In this document: piece after piece, positions 46,310-58,700 of the stretch
Layout of the letters: every line of letters begins with the position of its first letter
How positions within the stretch are numbered: the first letter of the stretch is position 1
From: Mobula birostris
Lineage: Eukaryota
Assembly: GCF_030028105.1 (NCBI RefSeq)
Contig: NC_092384.1
Span: forward strand, 65,971,548 to 66,035,547
Direction: 5' to 3'
Length of the DNA: 64,000 nt
Translations under genes and position numbers: made by a program
The notes under the pieces: generated by a model
Databases searched by the model: none
The model's input: only the letters and a program-made list of their open reading frames with translations
Told to the model about the DNA's origin: nothing

Positions 46310-49300
46310 GCACCTCTTCCTAGAGATGCTGCTTGGCCTGCTGCGTTCACCAGCATCTTTGATGTGTGTTTCTCAAGGGTAGGATCTTGAGACTGCTGCT
46401 TGTGCCATGTAGCAGAGGCTAGGAACAGAATGAGCTGGCAGATAAATGCATGGCTGAAGTATTGGAGTGGGGGGCAGGGATTCAAATTTCTGGATCATTG
46501 GAACCTCTTCTGGGGCAGGTGTGACCTGTACAAAAGAGATCAGTTGCACTTGAATCTGAGGGGGACCAATATTCTTGTGGACAGTCTTGCTAAAGCTGTT
46601 ACGAGTAATTTAAACTAATATGGCAGGGGATGGGAACCAGTATGATAGAGCTGAGGATGAGCCAGCAAGTTTACAAGTGGATGGGCGTAATATGAATGTA
46701 AGGAAGACAAGCCAGTGATTGGGTATAAATGCAGACAGAGCAAAGAGTTCAATTATACCACAGAGCCAAAATTCAAAAGGGTGAAGAATGCAGGACAGAA
46801 GGTGACAGAATTTAAATGTACGTAGTATTCAGAAAGTTTTAAAAATCCAACAAAAGGCAACTAAAACAGCCATAAGAAGGGAAAAGATAAAATATGTGGC
46901 AGATTAGCCAATAATATAAAGTTGGATCCTAAAAGTTTTTTTTCAGTTATATAAAAAGTAAAAGGGTGGTGAGAGTTGATATTGGACCACTGGAAAATGA
47001 TGCTGGTGAGGTAGTAATGGGGAGGAGGGGATGACAAAGAATTGGCAGATGAACTTAATGGGTTCTTTGCATCAATCTTCAATGTGAAAGACACCAGCGG
47101 TGTGCCAGATGTCCCTGAGTTCAGTACCAGGAGTGAGTGCCATTGCAATTACAAAGGAAAAGGTCTTGAGAGGGGTAGGTCACCTGGACCAAATGGACTA
47201 CATCTCAGGGTACTGAAAGAGGTTGTTGAAAAGATAGCAGATGCATTGGTTATGATCTTCAAAAATCACTTGATTCTGGCTTGGTTCTGGAGGACTGGAA
47301 AAATGCAATTGCCATTCCACTCTTAAAGAAGGGAGGAAGGCAAAAGAAAGGAAATTATAGGCCAGTTAGCCGAACCTCAGTTGTTGGGAAAGTGTTGGAG
47401 TCTATTATTAAGGATGAGGTCAAAGTAAAATAAGTTAAAGCAGCATGGTTTCTCTAAAGGGAAATCTTGCCTAACAAACCTGTTAAGAGTTCTTCGAGGA
47501 AGTAACAAGCAGGGTGGGCATTTACTTAGATTTTCAGAAGGCATTTGATTAGGTGCCACACATGAGGCTGCTTAACAAGTTAAAATCCCATGGCATCACA
47601 GGAAAGATACTGGCATGGATAGAGGAATGGCTGATAGGCAGCAAGCAGTGAGTGGGAATAAAGGGGGCTTTTCTGGTTGGGTGCCAGTGACTGGTGTTAC
47701 TCTGGGCACTATTGGGTCCGCTACTTTTCACATTGTTTGTCAATGATTTAGATAATGGAATTGATGGCTTTGTGGCAATGTTTGCAGATGATACGAAGAT
47801 AGGTGAATTGCAATGCGATTGCAGCAGTACTTAGACAAATTGGAAGAATGGGAAAACAAGTTGCAGATGAAGTACAATGTTGGTAAATGTATGCTAATGT
47901 ATTTTGGTAAAAGGAACTAAAGTGCAGACTATTATCTCAATGGGGAGAAAATTCAAACATCAGAGCTGCAGAGGGACTTAGGAGCCCTCGTGTAAAACTC
48001 CTAGAAGGTTAATTTATAGGTTGAGTTTGTGTTAAAGAAGGCTAATGCAATGTTGGTTTTCATTTCAAGGGGAATAGAACATAAAAGCAAGGAGATAATG
48101 CTGAGACTTTGTAAGACACTTGTCAGGCCGCACTTGGAGTATTGTCAACAGTTTTGGGCCCCGTACCTCAGAAAGGATGTGTTGTCATTGGAGATAGTCC
48201 AGAGGATATTCACGAGGATGATTCTAGGAATGAAGTGGTTAGCATATGAGGAGCGTTCAGCGGCTTTGGGCTTGTACTCGCCGGAAATTAAAAGAATGCA
48301 GGGGGATCTCTGAAACCTACCAAATATTGAAAGGATTAAATATGTTTTTTTTACATACGATGTTTCCAATGGTGGGGGTATCCTGAACTAGAGGGTACAG
48401 CCTCAAAATTGAGGGGTGATGCTTTAGTACAGAGGTAAGGAGGAATTTTTTTGCCAGGGAGTAGTGAATCTGTGGAATTCTCTGCCACAGACAGCTGCGG
48501 AGGCTAAGATTGCTGGTATATTTAAAGCGAAAATTGATAGTTTCCTGATTGGTCAGGGCATCAAAGGTTATGGCGAGAAGGCAGGTGTATGGGGTTGAGT
48601 GGGATCTGGGATCAGTCATGATGGAATGGCAGAGCAGACTTGATGGGCTGAGTTGCCTAATTCTGCTCCTATGTCTTATACTCTTAGGCACGTGTATATA
48701 TAGCTAGAGTGCCTAAGACTTTTGCATACTGCAGTAATTTTATGTATTGCACTGTACTGCTGCCACAAAATAAAAACAAATCTCATGATAAAACTAATTC
48801 TGGTATTGGTCTCTATTGTGGACTGAGAGTGTGAAGGGAGCAGGGAGAGGGGAATTGTGTTTGGGAAAAGGGGGAGGCAGACGCGAGCGAGTGGGAAGCA
48901 CCAAAGGGACATTCTGGAATGATCAATAAACCAATTGGTTGGAATTAAGTAACCTTGCCTGGTGTCCCAGGGCTAGGTGGGTCTGCACCAGCGCCATTCA
49001 CGGCACTCTGCCCACACCATTCCCAACAATCTTTGCTCCCCCCAGATTTGCAAACTTGCTCTCCACTCCATATTAACAAATACAGAACAGAACACTGCAA
49101 AAGTCTTAGGCTATATATATCTGTAAGACTTTTGCACAGTACTGTATATTTGAATTTCATGAAGAAGAAGTTTTAACTGACACAGGACAAATTCAAACTT
49201 CAAAATGGTTTAAATTTAATCATTTATAGTTCTGTATATATCTACAAAACATGAAGGGTAGGTGGTGAACCTTCTGTGTATTGGATGTGTATTGCATCCA

Positions 49301-49831
49301 TAGATATGGGTCTAACTCCAGCCTTATGCTGTTATCTCATCTACAGGTCTTATAAAAAAGAATCAGCAGATAGAGGAATTCTGAAATAAAACTAGAAGTG
49401 TTGGAAAACTCCATTTAGCTACTGTGAAAGTAGAACAGTTGATGTTTTATCTAGAACCTTTCATTAGAACAGGGAAAGGGGACTTGGGAAGCAAAACCAC
49501 TTGTACTTTCATAGACACTGGAAGTGAATTTTCATTAATGATATGAATGGTACAGTGATGGAGGTGCTCCCTTTCAGAGTTCTGAAGAATGGTCTCAGAC
49601 TGAAACATTAACTGCTTCTCTTTCCGCAGATGCTGCTTGAACTGCTGAATGTTTTTATTACAGATATTATAAAGTTAACCACTTAATAAGTATGTATGCT
49701 GAAAATTGCTGTGTTGACTTAACATTATTGTTGAATTATAACAGTAGGACATTATGTATTTACTGCTTATAAATTTCTGTTTATAAAATAGATTTTTAAG
49801 ACATAAGCCTAATCAGGAACCTATTGACCTC

Positions 49832-50737
49832 AGAATCAGGTTTATTATCACAGGTATGTGACGTGAAATTCGTTAACTTAGCAGCAGCAGTTCAATGCAA
49901 TATATAATCTAGCAGAGAGAAAAAAATAATAAAATAAAATAATATAAATAAACAAGTAAATCAATTACATATATTGAATAGATTTTAAAAAGTGCAAAAA
50001 CAGAAATACTGTATATTTTTTTAAAAATGTGAGGTATTGTCCAAAGGTTCAATGTCCATTTAGGAATCGGATGGCAGAGGGGAAGAAGCTGTTCCTGAAT
50101 TGCTGAGTGTGTGCCTTCAGGCTTCTATACCTCCCACCTGATGGTAACAGTGAGAAAAGGGCATGGCCTGGGTGCTGGGGGTCCTTAATAATGGACGCTG
50201 CCTTCCTGAGACACTGCTCCCTAAAGATGTATTGGGTACTTTGTAGGCTAGTACCCTACGAAGATGGAACTGACTAGATTTCCAACCTTCTGAGGCTTCT
50301 TTTGGTCCTGTGCAGTAGCCCCTCCATACCAGACAGTGATGCGGCCTGTCAGAATGCTCTCCATGATACAACTATAGAAGTTTTTGAATGTATTTGTTGA
50401 CATGCCAAATCTCTTCAAACTCCTAATAAAATACAGCCATTGTCTTGCCTTCTTTATAACTACATTGATATGTTGGGACCAGGTTAGATCCTCAGAGATC
50501 TTGACACCCAGGAACTTGAAGCTGCTCACTGTCTCCACTTCTGATCCCTCTTTGAGGATTGCTATGTGTTCTTTCATCTTACCCTTCCTGAAGTCCACAA
50601 TCAGTTCTTTCGTTTTACTGACGTTGAGTGCCAGGTTGTTGCTGCGGCACCATTCCACTAGTTGGCATATCTCACTCCTGTACGCTCTCTCGTCACCACC
50701 TGAGATTCTACCAACAATGGTTGTATCATCAGCAAAT
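49832..50737 (-). mobile_element. Rex1/L2-like LINE 3' fragment
   Basis: FADDTTIVGRIS...LALNVSKTKELIVDFRK...FKFLGVKISEDLTWSQH; AATAAA near the 3' end. Confidence 0.85.
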
Positions 50738-53700
50738 ATTCTCAATGACTTGACCTCTGCAGCCACCTGTAGCAATAAATTTCACATTCATCACCTTCTG
50801 CTAAAGAAATTCCTCCTTATCTCTGTTCTAAAGGGACACTCCTGTATTCTGAGCTTGTACCCGCTGGTCCTAGACCCCCCATTATTGGAAACGTCCTCTC
50901 CATGTCCACTCTGTCTTGGACTTTGAATAATGAGGGATAAGACTTGTTGCTAAGTTAGGATTGTTTTTTAAAATGGGGAAAATATAGTTACTAAGTAAAA
51001 TTCTAATTACTTTAATGTCCAAGAGCTTCTTTGAATAGATTTTTTTGTTGCATCTTTATTCAGCCTATCCATCAAAATTTTTGCTTTTGCTCATTTAAGG
51101 TATTTGGCTAACAAATCAGAGGAGAGATGGAGGCATTTAAAATAGTGTATCATTTCTGGGGTCTGGTATGCTATGGCTGAAAGGCTGGTTGATCCAAATT
51201 AATAAGAAAAATAGAATAATTGGCAGAAGCCTGATGGGCCAAATAACTTTCCATACAATATCTACACCTTGCTATCTACAGTTATTGGGCAGTTGGGAAT
51301 AAAGTTGAAAAACTGTAAGTTACACAGTAGGGTAATCATATTTTTTAAAAATCTGCAATTTTCACCAACAGGGCTCTGATTACAAATAGAAACAGTTCAG
51401 TTTAACTTATTATAGTGCCAATTGATTACTGCTTTGTGTCATCAGGTAAACCTAGGTTTACTGGTTCTACATGTGCCTGGAGATAGAGAACTGTGTTGAA
51501 GGTAAATGTTTGAAGAAGTAAGGTCAGGTAGTTGATACATTCCAAAAACATAATTGCAGTATAAAATCTTCATGATTATCAACTTTAAACCTACCTCATA
51601 CTTTATTCTTTTTTAAATTGTTTGTTGACTTTATAGTTGTGAGCAGTGATAGCAAACCCTTTTGAGAGGATGTGGCTAAATATGCAATAACCATTTTAAA
51701 AACTTCTGTTGTGTACCATAGTAACTTTGAACATAAATTATCTTTATAATTATGGATTTCAAAGAAAAAGGATGAGTCCTGTTGCTTGTTTATGTGTATT
51801 TATCAGTTTACCGTTAATAAAATGATAAGAGACATTGAAATAAATATAACATTTCAGTAAATCTGTTCAAAAATTGGTATTGCAACCCTCTCACCTGGGC
51901 TCGTACATCAACTTGGCTCGTTAGCTAACTCTGCTGTCAGCCAGGTGACTCAGCGGTGAGAAGGCCACCTTTCATAAACAATATATGTCTACGGTCGGTA
52001 TGATTTGGGGTTCTACCAAACAGGAAAGTCAGGATGTTTCAGTTAAGGAGCATAGATTGTAGCGAATGCTGTGTAAATACTATTCATACACTGTTGTTGG
52101 TAACCCAGAAATTACAAATCGTACACCAGCATAAAATTATAAAGAAAGTATATTTACCAAATTTTAAACTTTTAACAAACAGTTACAGAAAAATAAAAGG
52201 GCCCATTACAGTTAAACCAGTCCAATGTGCACATAAACGTTGGAGCTCATTCTGGAGTAGTCAGGGCTGTATCTCTCTACTCACACACTGGACCCATGGT
52301 TTGCATGAAAGCTCCCGACACATTCTGAACTTCCCTTAAGGACTATCTCAAATGAACTGGCTCTCACTCAGGAGCATTATTCCTCCTTAGAACCATTCAT
52401 CTGCACAAAGCACTTCTTGCAATGGGGACTCTCCTTTCAACAGCATTCTGTGGCATCTTATGCTCCACTCTGCAGCTCCTGCCAAAAGACCCCAAACCAG
52501 ACAACCGTCCTTATAGAAAACTTTTCCACTCAGCTCTCTAGAGAACAACATGACTCCTTATCTTTAGCCGAAGCCAAAACACACTTTCCAGCAGGACACA
52601 CTGCTTTTACAGAAAACTGCTAAAATAAAATAGCTCACAGCATAGAAGTAGAAACCTTAACTAGGGCATTACATTCTCCCCCCACCAAAAATAGTCATGT
52701 CCTCATGATTGTGGAACTTAATAAACCATGATTAATAACAGTATTCAGTGGATCTTGTGATCTCAGGCCCCCAAATCCATTTGAAAATGGAGGTATCATA
52801 TCTCACCTTGGGAATTGACATAATACTGTTGCCCAGGTGCACCCTCTGCCAGCCTAGCCAGGGGTTTCCTGACACTCTGAGACCTCCTTATCTCATCTTT
52901 ACCTTCTCCAGCTTCAGCCACTCCTTGCCACCTCCCTTGTCTATTAGAGGATGCCTCCCTCTGTCTATCACTTGTACCTTCCAGTAGCTCAGGTCCCGGA
53001 CTACTCTATGTTTGAACTCAGCATTCTTCAATTTAAGCAGGTGCTGCCAAACATCTTCCACTGGTGCTAACCTGTGAGACCTCTCTCGGAAATGGGTGTC
53101 CTCTGTCACTCGAGTTACTCCTCCAGGATGTAACGTGATGGGTTTAGACTGGGTGTACCACACAGTTCCTTGTTTGTGCTCATCATTCTGCTTAGGAAAA
53201 ACTTGTAGCTTCTCAAAAGCAACTCTGAATACCAGGTGAATGGACAAGGTTTTCAAAAAGCTCTCTCCATTTCTCTCCTTTCATGCTGCCATGAGCCTTT
53301 TCACAATGGGAGTATTTGTTTCCACAAGAATGGAAGCTTCACCTTTTTCAACTGGATCCGGCCAGACCAACATTGGTGTGTCGGAAGGGTCTCAGATACT
53401 CCAACATCTGCTTCTGAAAACTCCGTTTTCAATGACAAGTAACCATTGTACGCGTACTCATCAGTACTAAGCCCCCAAATCTCAAGGCGCTGAGTGGCAT
53501 CAATGGTAAATGCAAAAAATACTGGTTCTAAAAGGATCTCTAAAGCAAAGCAACTTGAGAACCTGTGTCAAGTATGGCCCTAGCATAAACACCTTCAACC
53601 CATATGGATTCATCAGAGCTTGATCACACTAAACCTTCAGGAATGGTGTTTTGCACTTTAGTATTTGCCTTTATACACTGATTGGAACGTATGTTCTCTG

Positions 53701-55756
53701 AGATGCCAGCCCATACCTTCACAGGGTCCCTCCGTAGTTTTGCTTCTTCTCTATTTGATTAACTGATCCATTTTTTGAAGATTTTCCTGTCCCTCAAAGT
53801 CTCACTTGAAATGTCCATCTTCTCCACAGTTGTAACAGAAAATATCAGTCACTTCCCTAGTCAGGAGACCCTTACCAGCAGCATTCTACTGCATTGTAAG
53901 GCCTGCAGGTAGGTTGGGTTTCCCCATGGACGTGTCACACTTAGCTGAAACATTAGCAGACATTTATCAACTCAGCTCGGCTTGAAAGCACTTCTCATTC
54001 CTCAAAAGCTCTATTTCTGTGGAATCATGGGTCACTTTAGCAGCAGAGGCTATCACTGAAGATACTACTCAGCTTTTGGAAATGTTCTAATTCACAATCA
54101 TGTTTTACTCCTCTAACTTCTCTGAGTAACTCGGTAAAAGATGGAGGGTGCATCTTGTGGGTCATTTGGAAATGTAGAGCAATCTTGTCATGTGATAGTG
54201 TGCCCTTCACAACTTGCTCCATCCTCAAGCAATTTCTCTCAGACAGTTGAATGCCCCCTGTGTGGCACAAACAGTGCAGCAGTTTATCCAACCTGAAAGG
54301 GAGGCAGACAGCTTTCTCCAGAATGTGTGCCTAAATTTCATCATAAGATTGGCTGAAATTTTGGTAGTGCCAAAAGCATCTTCCAGAGCTTGAAAGTAAT
54401 TAGCTTGCATGGCTAATGGGTTTTCTGCCTCTAGGAACCTCAGTATATCAGCCATCAGACCCTTTAAACTCTCCACCAGTCTCTGTGTTCTCATATTATC
54501 TGAGCACTGCTATTCAACCAGTAACTGAGATGTCTGCTCAGCCCAAGCCTCATATTCCTTTTCTCTGTTGTGTGTGGGCTTCACTTCAGAGAATGCTCCC
54601 AGCCTACGATAACTTTGGCTCTTCACAGGTACGCTTTGGCATTTATCAGCCAGTAATGTCATAGCCAAAACCAGCTCAGAATTTAAATCAGCCACTGAAG
54701 GACACATTAGACCTTTCCCTTACTTTGAAGAAATGAGAACAACTTGTCTTTAAAGTCTTCACCGTCAGCTACATTCCCTATTTCTCAAAAACTTGAACTG
54801 CACATGGCCCTGAACCTCCAGGTGCCTCTATCTTATCAGGCAGCATGACTTCAGTAACGTCACTGGTAGCCTGGACTAACATGACATCCTTACCTGTTGA
54901 ATAATCAATGTGTCAGTCAATCAGTGTAACTTTCCCCAATACTTTTACAGAACTCAGCACTCTGAGTAGCAATTCATCTGGAATTCTAACATCCACCCTG
55001 CTCAGAACACAAGCATGGATAACTGCTTTGAATTGCACCAAACCTTAATCCCCACAGAATCCATAATAAAGTACCTTAATTGCAACGCACCTCACTTTCC
55101 CCAAACACTGCTTAAACACAAATAAAACACACAATAAACTGCTTAATCAACCTTTAAACAGCATTCACACAGCATCCAAAATCCAGGACGGAGCTCCCAC
55201 AAGCACAACCCTCTCAACGGGACTCATACACCAACTTGGCTCGTTAGCTAACCCTGCTAACAGCCACATGACTCAACAGTGAGAAAGGTCAGTATGATTT
55301 GGGGTTCAACCAAACAGGGAAGTCAGGATGTTCCAATTAAGTAACATAGGTTGTAGCAATTGCTGTGTAAATACTGCCCATACACTGTTGTCAGAAGCCC
55401 AGAAATGACAGATCATACACCAGCATAAAATTATAAGGTAAGTATGTTTACCAAATTCTCAACTTTAACCAACAGTTACAGAAAAAGAAAAGAAAAATAA
55501 AAGGGCCCATTACAGTTAAACCAGTCCAATGTGCACATAAACGTTGGAGCTCATTCTGGAGTAGTTAGGAATGTATCTCTTTACTCACAGTCTGTGTGAA
55601 AGCACCCAGCACATTCTGAACTTCCCTCAAAGTCAGTCAGTCAGTCAGTCTCTCTCTCTCTCTCCCCCCCCCCCTCTCCTTTTCCTCCTTGGAGCCATTC
55701 ATCTACATAAAGCACTTCTTACAATGGGGACTCTCTCCTTCCAATGGCATTCTGCG

Positions 55757-58700
55757 GACCATAAAACATAGAAGCAGAATTAGGTCATTCAGCCCATCAA
55801 GTCTGCTCTGCCATTCAATAATGGCCGATCCCAGATCACACTCAACCCCATACACCTGCCTTGTCGCCATATCCTTTGATGCCCTGACCAATCAGGAAGC
55901 TATTAACTTTCACCTTAAATATACCCACAGACTTGGCCCCCACCGCAGTCTGTGGCATCACATTCCACAGACTCACCACTCTCTGGCTAAAAAAAAATTC
56001 CTCCTTACCTCTGTTCTAAAAGGTTGCCCTCAATTCTGAGGTTCTGCCCTCTAGTTCTGGATATGCCCACCATAGGAAATATCCTCTCCACATTCACCCT
56101 ATCTAATCCTTTCAACATTCAATAGGCTTCAGTAAGATCCCCCTGCATTCTTCTAAATTCCAGTGAATACAGCCTAAAGCCTTCATTCTCAGAATCATCC
56201 CTGTGAGCGTCCTCTGGACTCTCTCCAATGACAATACATCCTGAGATATGGGGCCCAAAACTGTTGACAGTACTTCAAATGCGGCCTGAGAAGTGTCTTA
56301 TAAAGCCTCAGCATTTTCTCCTTGTTTTGATATTCTTTTCCCCTTGAAATGTCTTGCACGAGGATTCCCAAGTTCCTCTGCATCTTTGATGTTTGAAATT
56401 TCTCCCCATTTAGATAGTAATCTATACTTTTGTTCCTTTTACCAAAATGCATTATCATACATTCCCCAACATCGTATTCCATCTGCCACTTTTTTGCCCA
56501 TTCCTCCAATTTGTCCAAGTCCTGCTGAATCGCATTGCGTACTCCTCCACCTATCTTTGTATCATCTGCAAACTTTGCCACAAAGCCATCCATTCCACTA
56601 TCTCAATCATTGACAAACAATGTGAAAAGTACAGTCCCAATACTGACCCCTGAGGAATACCTATAGTCACTGGCAGCCAACCAGAAAAGCCCCTTTTTAT
56701 TCCCACTCACTGCCTTCTGGCTGTCAGTGTTTCCTCTATCCATGTCAGTGTCTTTCCTGCAACACCATAAGAATTACCTTGTTAGGCACCTTATCTGATG
56801 CCTTCTGAAAATCTAAGTAAATGACATCCACTGCCTCTCTTTTGTCCAACCTGCTTGTTTCTTCCTCAAAGAACTCTAACAGATTTGTCAGGCAAGATCT
56901 CCCTTTTCCGAAACCATGCTGTCTTTGACTCATTTTGTCATTAGTCTCCAAGTACCCCGAAACATCATCCTTAACAATAGAACTCCAACACTTCCCCAAC
57001 AACTGAGGTTAGGCTAACTGGCCTATAATTTCCTTTCTTTTGTGCCTTCCTCCCTTCTTGAAGAGTGGGGTGACATTTGCAATCTTCCAGTCCTCCAGGA
57101 CCATGCCAGAATCAAGAGATTCTTGAAAGATCATGATCAATGCATCTGTTGTCTCTTCAGCATCCTCTCTCAGGACTCTGAGATGTAGTCCATCTGGTCC
57201 AGATGACTTAATCCACTTTAAGGTTTTTGAGTTTGCCTAGTACCTTTTCCTTTTGTGATAGCAATAGCACTTGCTCCTGCTCTGTGATGCTCATGCACTT
57301 CTGGTACACTGCTAGTGGCTTCCACAGTTAAGACTGATGCAAAGTACCCATTATGTTCATCTGCCATTTCTTTGTCCCCCATTACTACCTCACCAGCATA
57401 ATTTCCAGTGGTCCAATCTTAATTCTCATCTCCCTTTTACTCTTCATATAACTGAAAAAACTAATAGTATCCTGCTTTATATTATTGACTTGTTTACCCC
57501 TATATTACATCTTTTCCCTTCTTGTAGCTTTTTTAGTTGCCTTTTGTTGGATTTTAAAAACTTCCCAATCATCCATCTTCCTACTCAATTTTGCTACCTT
57601 ATATGCCTTCTCCTTGGCTTTTATGCAGTCCCTAACTTCCCTTGTCAGCCACAGTTGCCTAGCCCTGCCATTTGAGAACAACTTCTTCTGTGGGGCATAT
57701 CTATCCTGTGCCTTGTGAACTATTCCCAGAAACTCCAGCCATCTTTACTCTGCCGTCATCCCCACCAGTATTCTCCAGCAATCTACCTGGGCAAGCTCCT
57801 CTCTCATGCCTCTGAAGTGCCCTTTATTCTATTGCAATACCAATACATTTTCTCTCTCAAATTGCAGTATGAATTCAATCATATTATGATCACTGACTCC
57901 TAATGGTTCCTTTACATTAAGCTCTGTAATAAGATCTGGGTTATTACACAACATCCAATCTAAGATAGCCTTCCCCCGAGTAGGCTCAAGCACAAGCTGC
58001 TCTAAAAAGCCATCTCATGGGCATTCAACAAATTCCCTCTCTTGCAATCTGACACCAGCCTGATTTTCCCAATCCCCTTGCATATTGAAGTTCCCCCATT
58101 ACAATTGTGATATTACCTTATTATACGTTTTTGCTAGCTCCCTTTGCAATCTCAACTCCATGTCTTGGCTACTATTTGGAGGCCTATGTATGATGCCCAT
58201 AATTTTTTTTTACACTTGCAGTTTAACTCCACCCACAAAGATTCAACATTCTCTGACTCTATGTCACCTCTTTCTAAAGATGTAATTCCATCTCTTCAAG
58301 AATCCCGAATGGTCAGTTGCCTCCCTGGTGCCAGGGTCCACGATATCTTGGATCGAGTTCTCGGTATTCTCAGGAGGGAGGGTGAGCAGCCAGATGTCGT
58401 GGTCCATGTAGGGACCAATGACGTGGATAGGAAGGAGGAGGAGGTCCTGCAAAGAGTTTAGGGAGTTAGGTGCAAAGTTGAAGGACAGCACCTCCAGGGT
58501 TGCAATCTCAGGGTTGCTCCCCGTGCCACGTGCTAGTGAGGCTAGAAACAGGAAGATAATGCAGCTAAATATGTGGCTAAGGAGATGGTGCAGGAGGGAA
58601 GGCTTCATGTTTCTGGACAATTGGGCTTTGTTTCAGGGAAGGTGGGACCTGTTCCGACGGGATGGTCTGCACCTGAACTGGAGGGGAGCTAACATCCTTG

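Larger units (their letters stand above)
45043..46370. mobile_element. Palindromic (fold-back) Penelope-like insertion, two inverted ~620-bp arms
   Basis: 45077-45699 is the near-perfect reverse complement of 45746-46370; 13-bp TSD TCTCAAGG(T/G)TAGG at 45030-45042 / 46371-46383. Confidence 0.92.
44032..48680 (+). mobile_element. CR1 LINE with 5' UTR, ORF1 (Cys-rich + esterase) and internally deleted ORF2; interrupted by a Penelope palindrome
   Basis: ORF1 MSAGSVFCSGCQSW...HICNKC...VRELELQL and VMVHMGTND; ORF2 motifs from 46860 on (LVRPHLEYCQQFWAPYLRKD); 3' end CTAATTCTGCTCCTATGTCTTAT. Confidence 0.9.
44012..49144. mobile_element. Tc1/mariner-type MITE whose left TIR is split by a CR1 insertion (MITE sequence 44012-44031 + 48682-49144)
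   Basis: TA-TGGTACTGTGCAAAAGTCTT at 44010-44031 resumes as TCTTAGGCAC at 48682; right end TAAGACTTTTGCACAGTACTG-TA at 49124-49146. Confidence 0.72.

Noticed and set aside
45094-46485. Recurrent ~100-150 aa ORFs (MLVNAAGQAASLGRG..., MPILWV...)
   Set aside because: Incidental frames of the low-complexity Penelope pseudo-LTR, repeated with each copy.
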